A stretch of DNA of 64,000 nt from an uncultured Bacteriovoracaceae bacterium (GTDB taxonomy: Bacteria > Bdellovibrionota > Bacteriovoracia > Bacteriovoracales > Bacteriovoracaceae): positions 49,204 through 113,203 of the forward strand of contig CAXGUD010000009.1 of assembly GCA_964012805.1 (NCBI GenBank). The letters are read 5' to 3'. A program made the translations under genes and the position numbers. Positions 38,539-47,283 of this stretch are shown piece after piece. How positions within the stretch are numbered: the stretch's first letter is position 1; each line of letters begins with the position of its first letter. The notes under the pieces are model-generated. The model did no database searches, was not told the DNA's origin, and saw only the letters and a program-made list of their open reading frames with translations.

Positions 38539-40137
38539 CTATTTTTTCAATCCTTGCGTTCCCACTTTCTTTACTTTCCATGGAATTGACAACTCAAATT
38601 TTGTCGGGTTTTTTGAAAAAGCAAGCTTACCACCCATATCCCTTAAAACTTTTTTAACAATATTAAGGCCCAAACCAGTTCCCGAGCTTTTTTCTCCCTT
38701 TACAAATTCAGAAGTAATTTCTTCTAAAGAAGAAAAGGAACATTCGCCACAGTCTTCAATTGAAACTTTCCAAAAATCTTCACTTGCACAAACCTTAACG
38801 GTGATCGGAGCTCTTCCATGGGCTTTGGCATTTTCCAGGATATTCTTGATGCAAATACTAATCCAATAAGGATCAAAGAAGGCGCCTCTATCATTGTCCA
38901 ACCCTTCGAAACGCCCCTTTTCATCTTGAATATAAATATCAATTTGTTCTTTGATGAATTCATTTAAAGAGGGTACGTCGTCCTCCTGTTTTTGCAAAAG
39001 TCCTTCTGGATTTTCCATTTTTAAATAATGCCGACTAGTCTCAGTTAATCTTTGCAATCTAAAAACATCATTACTCAATCTCAAAAAGGACTCTTGAAGA
39101 TCCTCATTTAGGGTTAAAATATTTTTTTGGACGCGTTCTACCTGGAGGAGCATACTGGCAATTGGAGTTCTGAATTCATGAGTCAAAACCTGAAGCGCAA
39201 GCCTTTTCCTTTGCTCCTCAGTTCTTTGCTGCCGGATTTTATTGAGAAGAATAAAAATCACGAGAGATATAATAAGTAGAGAACCAAGAAAAAAGTTAAT
39301 GGTTGAAAAACTCGTAATTTCCAAAAAATGCCTTACATTATACTCCCAACACAGTTCACCATCTTGAATAAAGCACCTTTTATCCTTACTGTAATTTTTA
39401 ACTACGTAGGGAGAATCTTTAATAAAGTTCTCCAAATCCTTTCTTGTGTAAAGGCCATACTCTAGACCCATAACTTTGCCAAAATGTTTAATTTTTGAAA
39501 AAAGATATTTTTTGCTTAATACAAATTCATTTCCTTTTACCAGAGCATCAAGAGAATTATTCGCAAGTTCAGATAAAATTTCAAAAACACCACCTATCTC
39601 TGATAAATAGGTTTTTAAATGTTTAAACTCAGACACATGAAAATAAAAAAGGTGTTTTTTTACCCATATATCTGAAAAATAAGAAGCCTTTTTAAGCTTG
39701 AAAGCCAAATAGGCATAACTTTTACCACTTGGATGCATAAAAGGCGGGTTTTTAAAGTATTCTTTTGGCAAACGCCTTCGGTCCCCACAACGAAATTCCT
39801 CCCACACCAAAACTTTTTCGTAATTTACAGAATTGAGAATGCTCGAAATATTTGTATAACAATTTTTAGAAGATTCATAAACGTTTAGCTCTTTTAACTT
39901 CTCTTCCCTATTATAAAAGGGGTTCATTAACTGAAAGTGGTCTCTGGAATAATAAATTGAGTTCAGGTTAACTACCATTCGAGGAACATATTGTTTTTTA
40001 AACTCTTGCTTTACCTTCTCTATTTCAACAAGATCTCTTGGGCGAGACTCATAGGGCCTTTGGAGAAAAAGCGCAAAATAGCCCGTTACAAAGGCCATAA
40101 TGACAGCTGTAAAAATTAAAGTATAATATAGCTTCAT
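38539..40137 (-). CDS. Sensor histidine kinase with DUF3404 (VxrA-like) periplasmic domain
   Basis: H-box LTHEFRTP, N-box ENAKAHG, G-box GTGLGL; sensor motifs HPSGKSYA and C...GELCW recalled from VxrA. Confidence 0.8.
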   Translation of the reverse strand: MKLYYTLIFTAVIMAFVTGYFALFLQRPYESRPRDLVEIEKVKQEFKKQYVPRMVVNLNSIYYSRDHFQLMNPFYNREEKLKELNVYESSKNCYTNISSILNSVNYEKVLVWEEFRCGDRRRLPKEYFKNPPFMHPSGKSYAYLAFKLKKASYFSDIWVKKHLFYFHVSEFKHLKTYLSEIGGVFEILSELANNSLDALVKGNEFVLSKKYLFSKIKHFGKVMGLEYGLYTRKDLENFIKDSPYVVKNYSKDKRCFIQDGELCWEYNVRHFLEITSFSTINFFLGSLLIISLVIFILLNKIRQQRTEEQRKRLALQVLTHEFRTPIASMLLQVERVQKNILTLNEDLQESFLRLSNDVFRLQRLTETSRHYLKMENPEGLLQKQEDDVPSLNEFIKEQIDIYIQDEKGRFEGLDNDRGAFFDPYWISICIKNILENAKAHGRAPITVKVCASEDFWKVSIEDCGECSFSSLEEITSEFVKGEKSSGTGLGLNIVKKVLRDMGGKLAFSKNPTKFELSIPWKVKKVGTQGLKK

Positions 40138-40194
40138 ATTCCAATCACTAAATTACTAACAATAGCTCTTATTTCAAATAAAAAACAATTTTTA

Positions 40195-40815
40195 TTAAAC
40201 CTGTTTAAAGGTCTTTTCTAACAAATTTTTAAAAGAAGTATAATCTTCGAACACAAAGTCGGCTTTTTCACTCCAACTCTTAATATCATTGTTTCCGTTA
40301 TTATATAGAAATGTTCGAACGCCAGCACTAATACCTGTCAAAAGATCATGTAAATGATCGCCAATAAAAATTATATCATCCTTATTCGTTTGAAAAAATT
40401 CACTTATAACATCTAACCCCATTGGATCGGGCTTAGGCTTTTCAAGGTTATCCCTATGAAGAACCAGGCCAAAACTCAAATTAAACTTTCCAAGGATCAT
40501 TTGGGTGACTTTTTTAGAGTTTCGAGTCAATAAAGCTCTCTTAAAACCCATTTCATCGCAAAAATCTAAAAACTCTATCACCCCTTCATAAAGTATGGCC
40601 CTATTTGCCCCTTCCACTTCAAAATCATCAAGTTGTTGCCATAATTTTTTTTTCTTTTCAGAGTCAGTCACATCATCCAGTGCCTCCAAAACCGAAGAAT
40701 CCTCAGCAAAGCCCATTTTTTTTTTAAGTTCCTTAAAATCCAAATAAGACTCAATAAGGGTTCCATCCATATCAAAAACGATAACCTTTGGTTTTTTAAG
40801 GACTTCTGGTTTCAT
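40195..40815 (-). CDS. HAD-superfamily hydrolase (phosphoglycolate phosphatase-like)
   Basis: FDMDGTL, LTRN, KPKPDP, IGDHLHD; start at ATG 40815. Confidence 0.88.
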   Translation of the reverse strand: MKPEVLKKPKVIVFDMDGTLIESYLDFKELKKKMGFAEDSSVLEALDDVTDSEKKKKLWQQLDDFEVEGANRAILYEGVIEFLDFCDEMGFKRALLTRNSKKVTQMILGKFNLSFGLVLHRDNLEKPKPDPMGLDVISEFFQTNKDDIIFIGDHLHDLLTGISAGVRTFLYNNGNNDIKSWSEKADFVFEDYTSFKNLLEKTFKQV

Positions 40816-40850
40816 AAATAAACTCCCTTTACTCGATGAATCGTATTTAA

Positions 40851-40878
40851 TTGACGCCAAAAATAATTAGGCTACAAT
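40851..40878 (+). promoter_or_regulatory. Putative sigma-70 promoter
   Basis: TTGACG-N16-TACAAT, 8 nt before ATG 40887. Confidence 0.45.
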
Positions 40879-40886
40879 AACTGACT

Positions 40887-41123
40887 ATGGCACTCAACAT
40901 AAAACCCCTCATGCCTCTTGACCATCCCAGGGCTCCAGAAAAAATCAAAAAAGCCATGGTCAAGAAATGCACGCCTCAAACTATTGAGGTTCAGTCATAC
41001 GACTTTAACGAAAAAGCAAAGAGAAATGAAGAACAGTTTGCAAATTCAAAAAAACAGCTTAAAGAAAGAGAAGTTATTGGAAAGAACCGCTTCCTGATGC
41101 TAAAAAAACTAGATATTATATAA
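40887..41123 (+). CDS. Small hypothetical protein
   Basis: 78-aa ORF filling the gap, with a promoter-like sequence upstream. Confidence 0.55.
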   Translation: MALNIKPLMPLDHPRAPEKIKKAMVKKCTPQTIEVQSYDFNEKAKRNEEQFANSKKQLKEREVIGKNRFLMLKKLDII

Positions 41124-41198
41124 TACTAATAAAAGCACCCCTATTAGTTTTTCTTAGAAATTTATTTTTTAAAAGATTAAAGCCTACTCTGACCTAAT

Positions 41199-41576
41199 TT
41201 ACGATCTTTTCTCTACAATCCTTCTAATTGTTTCTTTCAGCTTATCTTCTTTGAAGGGCTTAAGGAGCCAAGCCATGACAACTCCTACTTTTTTGGCCTC
41301 TAAAATAAGCTTAGGATGGCTTTCAGTAGTACACATAACTGTAGGTATTTGCTTGTATTTTTCATCCTCAGCTTGAACTTTTATAAACTCCATCCCGTTC
41401 ATTTCCGGCATATTCACATCGAGTAATATAAGGTCAAACGTATCCTTTTCCTTAAGCTTTTCCAAAGCATCGTAGCCATCAACAGCTTCAACTATACTAT
41501 GGTCAGCAGCGGTTAAGATGTTTCTGAGAGTTGTTCTTACTGATTCCGAGTCGTCAACAACTAAAATATTGGCCAT
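41199..41576 (-). CDS. Single-domain CheY-like response regulator
   Basis: LVVDD, LDVNMP, KPF; ATG 41576 after AGAGGA. Confidence 0.88.
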   Translation of the reverse strand: MANILVVDDSESVRTTLRNILTAADHSIVEAVDGYDALEKLKEKDTFDLILLDVNMPEMNGMEFIKVQAEDEKYKQIPTVMCTTESHPKLILEAKKVGVVMAWLLKPFKEDKLKETIRRIVEKRS

Positions 41577-41671
41577 AAAATCCTCTACCTTCTTACCAGA
41601 CATTAAGTCTTCTTTAGGTCTATCATAACTCGGAAGAGAACTAATTATGGAATGACGGAAAATTATTCCAA

Positions 41672-41698
41672 GAAAAAGGGCCTACAAGGCCCTTTTTC
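41672..41698 (-). terminator. Terminator after the glutaminase gene
   Basis: AAAAAGGGCCT-ACA-AGGCCCTTTTT. Confidence 0.8.
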
Positions 41699-41714
41699 CA
41701 ATTTAATTCGTTAC

Positions 41715-43280
41715 TTACCTTTTTGAAACAGGTTTCTTTGATCCCTTATACTTCTTTAACAAGTTTTCAACTTCTTTATGCCCTTCCCTTTCAGCATCAG
41801 AAAGTGGAGTTCCACCCCACCGGTCTTTTGCAGTAGGGTCCGCTGAGTGCCCCAGTAGGTATTCAACCATTTCTTTTTTGCCTTCAGAAGAAGCCAAGTG
41901 AAGCGCAGTTCTCCCATCATAATCTGCTTGATTTATATCAAACCCTCTTGCAAGAAAAGCCTGAACTTCCCTTAAAGAGCCCTTTGAAGCCGCCCATAAA
42001 ATTGACTGGATATCGTCACTGTTTGCCAGATTTTGATTAACTCTCGGGTCCATTTTCTTTGAATGCCCGGCAATAAGGCTATCGAAATTGTGAAAGTTGA
42101 AATTCTCTACAAGTCTTTCACAAAAATCAATACCTCGAACAGAGTTGCCCATCGCATCAAGAGGAGGAGACCAAACACAAATTCCCATCAGGTTTGGAAT
42201 AACAATAAGTAGACCACCTCCAACACCACTTTTTGCAGGCAGCCCGATAGTAAAGGCAAACTCTCCAGAAAAGTCATACATGCCACATGAAGACATAAGC
42301 GAAAGGCAGTTTTTGACTGTGTCAGGCGTAAATAGCTTATCTTGGGTAAGGGGGCAGATACCGCTATTAGCAAGAGTTGCAGATACAGTCGCCATTGATT
42401 CAGCTGTTAACTCAATTGAACAGCATTGAAAATAAAACTCTAGTGTCTCTATAAGCTTCGTTTGCTCTGGAAAAGAGTTATTTTCCCTCATAAAATAACC
42501 TAGAGCAAAGTTTCTATCGGCCGTCGCTCTTTCAGATAAATAAACTGCATTATTAAAGGTAGGTTGACTTCCACCAGCAGCCCTTTTCCACATATCTAAA
42601 ACATAATCAAACCTCTCAGCTGGCTCTAGAGTTGGTTTGACCATAGAACTCGTCATAATAGCACCAGCATTGATAAACGGATTATGAGGCCTTTTTTTTG
42701 GATCTAGAGTAATTTCATTAAACCCATGTCCACTAGGTTCGCGACCAACATGAGTATGGACTTTATCTTGGCCAAACTCCTCAAGGGCCAAACAATAGTT
42801 CAACGTTTTCGAAGTTGATTGAATACTAAAATACTGATCGCACTCACCAGTTGAGAAGATCTGACCATCAATCGTACAAATAGACACGCCAAAGTTTTCT
42901 GGGGCCACTCTTTTAAGCTGTGGAATATAGTCCGCAACCTTACCACCATTATTTTTCTTAACTTCATTATATATTTTTTTTATCTCTTCAGAAAAACGAT
43001 TAAACTCTGGAATAATAAGTTGGTTTTGAAAAACTTTGTCAAAAAGCAAAGATTGATCCTGGATCAACTTATCAAATTCTTTAAAAGTAAGTTCATTAAC
43101 TCCGTTCAACTGACCAACTTTTTCGTAAAAACTCTTCAGGCGCGGGTCTTTTTTAGAAAGCCCGCTTTTTTTTAGAACTTCTAAAATCTCACGAAGATTG
43201 ACGCGTCCTTTTCTTTCTTTATCAAGAGACCTAAAAGACTGACCCAGGCTCGCCTGTTCAGCATTCTGATCTTCCAACAT
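41715..43280 (-). CDS. glsA: Glutaminase A with N-terminal EF-hand-like region and C-terminal ankyrin repeats
   Basis: ADYIPQL, catalytic IQSTSK, NPFINAGA, GLPAKSGVGG; ankyrins DYDGRTALHLA and DRWGGTPL. Confidence 0.93.
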   Translation of the reverse strand: MLEDQNAEQASLGQSFRSLDKERKGRVNLREILEVLKKSGLSKKDPRLKSFYEKVGQLNGVNELTFKEFDKLIQDQSLLFDKVFQNQLIIPEFNRFSEEIKKIYNEVKKNNGGKVADYIPQLKRVAPENFGVSICTIDGQIFSTGECDQYFSIQSTSKTLNYCLALEEFGQDKVHTHVGREPSGHGFNEITLDPKKRPHNPFINAGAIMTSSMVKPTLEPAERFDYVLDMWKRAAGGSQPTFNNAVYLSERATADRNFALGYFMRENNSFPEQTKLIETLEFYFQCCSIELTAESMATVSATLANSGICPLTQDKLFTPDTVKNCLSLMSSCGMYDFSGEFAFTIGLPAKSGVGGGLLIVIPNLMGICVWSPPLDAMGNSVRGIDFCERLVENFNFHNFDSLIAGHSKKMDPRVNQNLANSDDIQSILWAASKGSLREVQAFLARGFDINQADYDGRTALHLASSEGKKEMVEYLLGHSADPTAKDRWGGTPLSDAEREGHKEVENLLKKYKGSKKPVSKR

Positions 43281-43377
43281 AACTTCCCCTTAGTTTTATA
43301 TTTTCTTATTCTGAAATTTAATGACTCAAAAACATTTTGCGCTCTTTAATTACTCAAACCTCATGCACTTAGATACT

Positions 43378-43406
43378 AAAAGGGGGGAGCAAGACGGCTC
43401 CCCCCT
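43378..43406 (-). terminator. Terminator after glutamine synthetase
   Basis: AGGGGGGAGC-AAGACG-GCTCCCCCCT with adjacent A-tract. Confidence 0.8.
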
Positions 43407-43432
43407 AATGTATTTGAATCTTTCTTTAAGTA

Positions 43433-44479
43433 TTAAAGATTACAGATTGTTTTCATAAGAAGTTCAGAAACAATATAAGGATCAGAGTTAGCTCCTGGTC
43501 TCCTATCTTCAATATATCCATAACCCTTTCTTGTTGTGGCCATAGGAATTCTTATCGAAGCTCCTCTATCTGAATTACCTGAACGGAATTCATTGATACT
43601 ACAAGTTTCGTGAAGACCTGTTAGCCTATCAGCAAGACCTGAACCGTAGTTTTCAATGTGAAGTTGATGCTTTTCTGCTAGGTTGTTAACAGCAGACTCA
43701 ATCGCTCCCATTCCTTTGGACTTGTCTCTCATATCTCTTGTAGAGAAATTTGTATGCATTCCTGCACCATTCCAGTCTCCCTTGATGGGCTTGTTTTCGA
43801 AAGAAACTGTCACATCATATTTTTCAGAAATTCTTTGAAGTAGAAAACGGGCTAACCAAACATGGTCACTCATTGTAAGAGGATCAGCAGCTTCGCCATC
43901 AAAAGCTCTATAACCGATTTGGAACTCCCACTGACCTGGCATAACTTCAGCATTTGTACCGTAAATATTTAGACCTGCCTCTTCGCAAGCTTTAGCGTGT
44001 TCATCACATATCTCTCTACCAAAAATATTCGAAGCCCCTACACCACAGTAAAATGGTCCTTGTGGAGCAGGATAACCACCTTCAGGCCACCCCAATGGAC
44101 GCCCTGATTTATTGAAAAGTGTGTATTCTTGCTCAAAGCCCACGTAAGCATCTTGCTCATTTCCACCTTTTTCCATAACTTCAACAAGTGAAGCTCTTTT
44201 ATTCGTTGCATGAACTGAACCATCAGCATTGTAAACTTCACAAAGGGCTAAATAGTAACCTTCGCCTCTTAGAGGATCCTTAGCAACTCTGACAGGCTTC
44301 AATTCACAATCTGAATCATTTCCATCGGCCTGATTCGTAGAGGAACCATCAAACCCCCAATCTGGAAGATCAGAAACAGCTGGCTCACTTTCAAATGTGA
44401 CTAACCTAGACTTTGAACGAAGTGCTTGAGTTGGCTCGGCACCATCTAACCAAATGTATTCTACAAATGCTCTTTTCAT
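43433..44479 (-). CDS. glnII: Glutamine synthetase type II
   Basis: 348 aa; EYIWLDG, WGFDGSST, PQGPFYCGVG, NAEVMPGQWEFQIG, DWNGAGMHTNFST, EDRRP. Confidence 0.93.
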   Translation of the reverse strand: MKRAFVEYIWLDGAEPTQALRSKSRLVTFESEPAVSDLPDWGFDGSSTNQADGNDSDCELKPVRVAKDPLRGEGYYLALCEVYNADGSVHATNKRASLVEVMEKGGNEQDAYVGFEQEYTLFNKSGRPLGWPEGGYPAPQGPFYCGVGASNIFGREICDEHAKACEEAGLNIYGTNAEVMPGQWEFQIGYRAFDGEAADPLTMSDHVWLARFLLQRISEKYDVTVSFENKPIKGDWNGAGMHTNFSTRDMRDKSKGMGAIESAVNNLAEKHQLHIENYGSGLADRLTGLHETCSINEFRSGNSDRGASIRIPMATTRKGYGYIEDRRPGANSDPYIVSELLMKTICNL

Positions 44480-44645
44480 TTTAAAACTCCTTTCTTGCCT
44501 AAACTAAATAAAATAACGGGCAAAAATTTATACTGAAAATTAAAAGCAATGTTTCTAACACAAATAAAAAGACAATAATATTTGGGATCTAGCCGACAGC
44601 GCAAGTAGAGCTTAAGTAGGAGTTCGTACTTTTCTTTTTTCATAT

Positions 44646-44663
44646 TGTAAGTCACCACCTACA
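44646..44663. promoter_or_regulatory. Operator-like inverted repeat upstream of glnII
   Basis: TGTAAG-TCACCA-CCTACA; same geometry as 45709-45726. Confidence 0.5.
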
Positions 44664-44802
44664 CACGATATATCAATACTAAGAAAAAAAAAATAAAAAA
44701 CAGAACTTTTAAAAATAGGTAAACCCTTTTTCTGTTGGAAGTGTCAAGGAAAGATTTTTTATAAAAAGTTTATTTTAAAAAGAGGATCGAGGTTATCCCT
44801 TT

Positions 44803-45519
44803 TTATGAATTTTTTAAAATGTTTTCTTTTATTGCAAAAGAAACTATATCAGCATTATTTTTAAGATTGAGTTTTTCTAAAATCCTGTTTCTATAAGTGG
44901 AAATTGTCTTTGAACTTAGTTCTAGGTCATAAGCGATCTCTTTAGTTAAGCGGCCCTGGGCAAGTCCCATAAAGACCTGTCTTTCTCTCTTTGAAAGGAT
45001 CGCCAACTTATTACAATCATCCTTTTTGCCAAGTTTGTCTTCAATGGCATGAAAGCCTTCAAGGCCATTCTTTTCTATAGAAGACTCATCGTGCTCACTA
45101 TTAAAAAATTGTAGAAGAAGATCACCTCCAAAATACCGTCTGCCTGCAAAAACTTCCTGAAGAGCAAAAGCCATTTGATCAATTGAGCTATCTTTGACTA
45201 TATAACCCGATGCTCCCAAACGAACGGCCATCTTCACATAATCTGAATTTGAAAACATTGTAATAAAAATAACAGGCATCTCGGGATAAAGAAGTCTTAC
45301 CCTTTTAAAAATCTCTAAACCGCTTTCCCCAGGAAGAGATATATCCAACAGAAGCATATCGAAATTTGCTCTCTCTAGGTGATCAAAAGTCTCAACACCG
45401 TTGGAACACTCAATCAAGTCAGCATCAATCGGGGAATCATGGATCATTTCAATGATCCCCTTTCTGACAATCTGATGATCATCTGCTATTAAAATCTTCT
45501 TTTTTTTAACAAAGGTCAT
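44803..45519 (-). CDS. NarL/FixJ (UvrY-like) response regulator, no adjacent kinase
   Basis: IADDHQIVRKG, LDISLPG, LuxR HTH LSKRERQV...KTISTYRNRILEKL. Confidence 0.92.
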   Translation of the reverse strand: MTFVKKKKILIADDHQIVRKGIIEMIHDSPIDADLIECSNGVETFDHLERANFDMLLLDISLPGESGLEIFKRVRLLYPEMPVIFITMFSNSDYVKMAVRLGASGYIVKDSSIDQMAFALQEVFAGRRYFGGDLLLQFFNSEHDESSIEKNGLEGFHAIEDKLGKKDDCNKLAILSKRERQVFMGLAQGRLTKEIAYDLELSSKTISTYRNRILEKLNLKNNADIVSFAIKENILKNS

Positions 45520-45708
45520 GCTTACCTAAATATTCATAATCACTGAGTAATCTTAATTTTAGAAGTCGTGGAACATAACTTTTACGATACCTTTTATCAA
45601 TACATTTTCTAAAAAAATAAACAATATTTAATTTATAAATAACTTAATAGTTTTGGCACAAGTTCTTATAGCAAAAAAAACTAATGACTAGTAGGTCTAT
45701 CTTCATCT

Positions 45709-45726
45709 TGTAGATCCCTTCCTACA
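45709..45726. promoter_or_regulatory. Operator-like inverted repeat upstream of the NarL regulator
   Basis: TGTAGA-TCCCTT-CCTACA. Confidence 0.5.
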
Positions 45727-45732
45727 TTTACG

Positions 45733-47141
45733 TCATTCAAACCCTTTTTTTGAACCATGTTTAAAACGCGAATTACCCTTATCAGAAGAAGAATTCTCAC
45801 TTACACGGACATCCAGGGGAGCTGCAATCGATTCGGGTGCAAAACAATAGGCGCTTTCGTAATGCTCTCCCAAATCTAAACCATGCTCCTCTTCCTTTTT
45901 TGAGACTCTGAGTCCAACAAAAAGGTCAATCAGCTTAAAAAGGGCCCATGAAACCCCAAAAGTTACTAAAGCAATAACAAATATTCCTTTTACTTGCGAT
46001 AAGAGCTGCCCAGAAGAGGCTAAAGTTCCAAAAAGGCCCACAGCTAGAGTTCCCCAAATACCACATACCAAATGCACAGAAATCGCCCCAACTGGATCAT
46101 TTATCCTTAATTTATTGAAAAGCTTTATAGAAAAAACTACAAAGACACCTGCTATGAAACCAATAATGAGCGCCTCAACAAAGTTCATTTGATCAGCACC
46201 TGCCGTAATTCCAACAAGACCAGCCAAAGCACCATTAAGCGTCATCCCCAAATCAGGCTTCTTTGAAATACTCCATGAAACAATCATAGAAGCTAAAAGT
46301 CCCGATGCTCCAGCAATAGCTGTTGTCATAAAAACAAGAGAAAGCTTATCAGGCGATGCAGAAAGTACGGAACCTCCATTAAACCCAAACCATCCAAACC
46401 ATAGAAGAAAAACTCCTACCGTTGCCAAAGGATAATTATGGGGTACAAAGCTTTTACCTCCTTCATACCTCCCTAGGCGTGGACCTAAGCAAAGCGCTCC
46501 TGCCAGAGCTGCCCATCCCCCTACAGAATGAACAATACTCGAACCAGCAAAGTCATAAAAAGGTACTTTTAAAGTCTCTTAAAAGCCCCCTCCCCACTTC
46601 CACATGCCAATTACAGGGTAAACAAAGGCGACAAAAAGGGTTGAGAAAATTAAAAATGAAGATAATTTTATCCTCTCACAGACTGCTCCACTCACAATTG
46701 TTGCAGCAGTTGCAGCAAACATCGCCTGGAATATAAAATCTGTGTAATAGGTATAAGAAGGATTGTAGCTTGATGTAAGGCCCCCTGAACCAGGACCTAT
46801 TCCAAAACCTCCGAATCCAAAAAAGCTTCCAGCAAAGTCGGCTCCTGGGTACATTAGGTTGAAACCGCAAAACGCGTAAGTTAAAAGGCCTATCGCCATG
46901 ATGGCCGAATTTTTAAAAAGGATATTAACAGTATTTTTAGACTGGGTCATACCAGTTTCAAGGCAAGCAAACCCAAGGTGCATTATGAAAACCAGGCACG
47001 TAGCCAATAAAATCCAAAGGTTGTGCGTAGTAAATGACAAACTTGCAAGGTCCTTTTAAAGACCCCATGAGTTTGAAAGTGGAACTAAGGCAATAAAAAC
47101 TAGGATTATTTTTTTAAATTTTGATAATTTAATTTTATCAT
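45733..47141 (-). pseudogene. amtB: Ammonium transporter AmtB, disrupted
   Basis: Track ORFs 46579-47040 and 45733-46428 are in one frame and joined by intact Amt sequence (FYDFAGSSIVHSVGGW...LGPR). In-frame TAA at 46579-46581 and 47056-47058. The RBS-preceded ATG at 47141 is out of frame across an A7 tract. Confidence 0.85.
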
Positions 47142-47283
47142 TTATAAAGCTCACCTTGATAAATTCATTTGGAAAACAAATAATGAAATTTATTAGGGAA
47201 CCTTAGTCAATACTACTACCCCACTTCCTACAGCTTTCCAAGGCCATCCGACAGACTTCCTATATAATGTAGACCTTAAAAAC

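Noticed and set aside
44616..44629. GTA-N8-TAC (NtcA-box-like) upstream of glnII
   Set aside because: NtcA is cyanobacterial and no CRP-family gene is nearby; better explained as part of the GTAGG/CCTAC half-site family
44480..44800. Glutamine (glnA) riboswitch, or the 60-aa ORF 44476-44658
   Set aside because: No recognisable riboswitch consensus by eye (an Rfam scan would be decisive); the ORF has no RBS or protein-like features and overlaps the promoter region
45654..45670. TGGCAC as a sigma-54 -24 element in the nitrogen cluster
   Set aside because: No -12 TTGC and wrong orientation for the minus-strand genes
46579..47058. TAA recoding or an alternative genetic code to explain the amtB stops
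   Set aside because: TAA is the normal stop for many intact genes here (rpsU, rpsO, HU), and no other gene shows internal TAA
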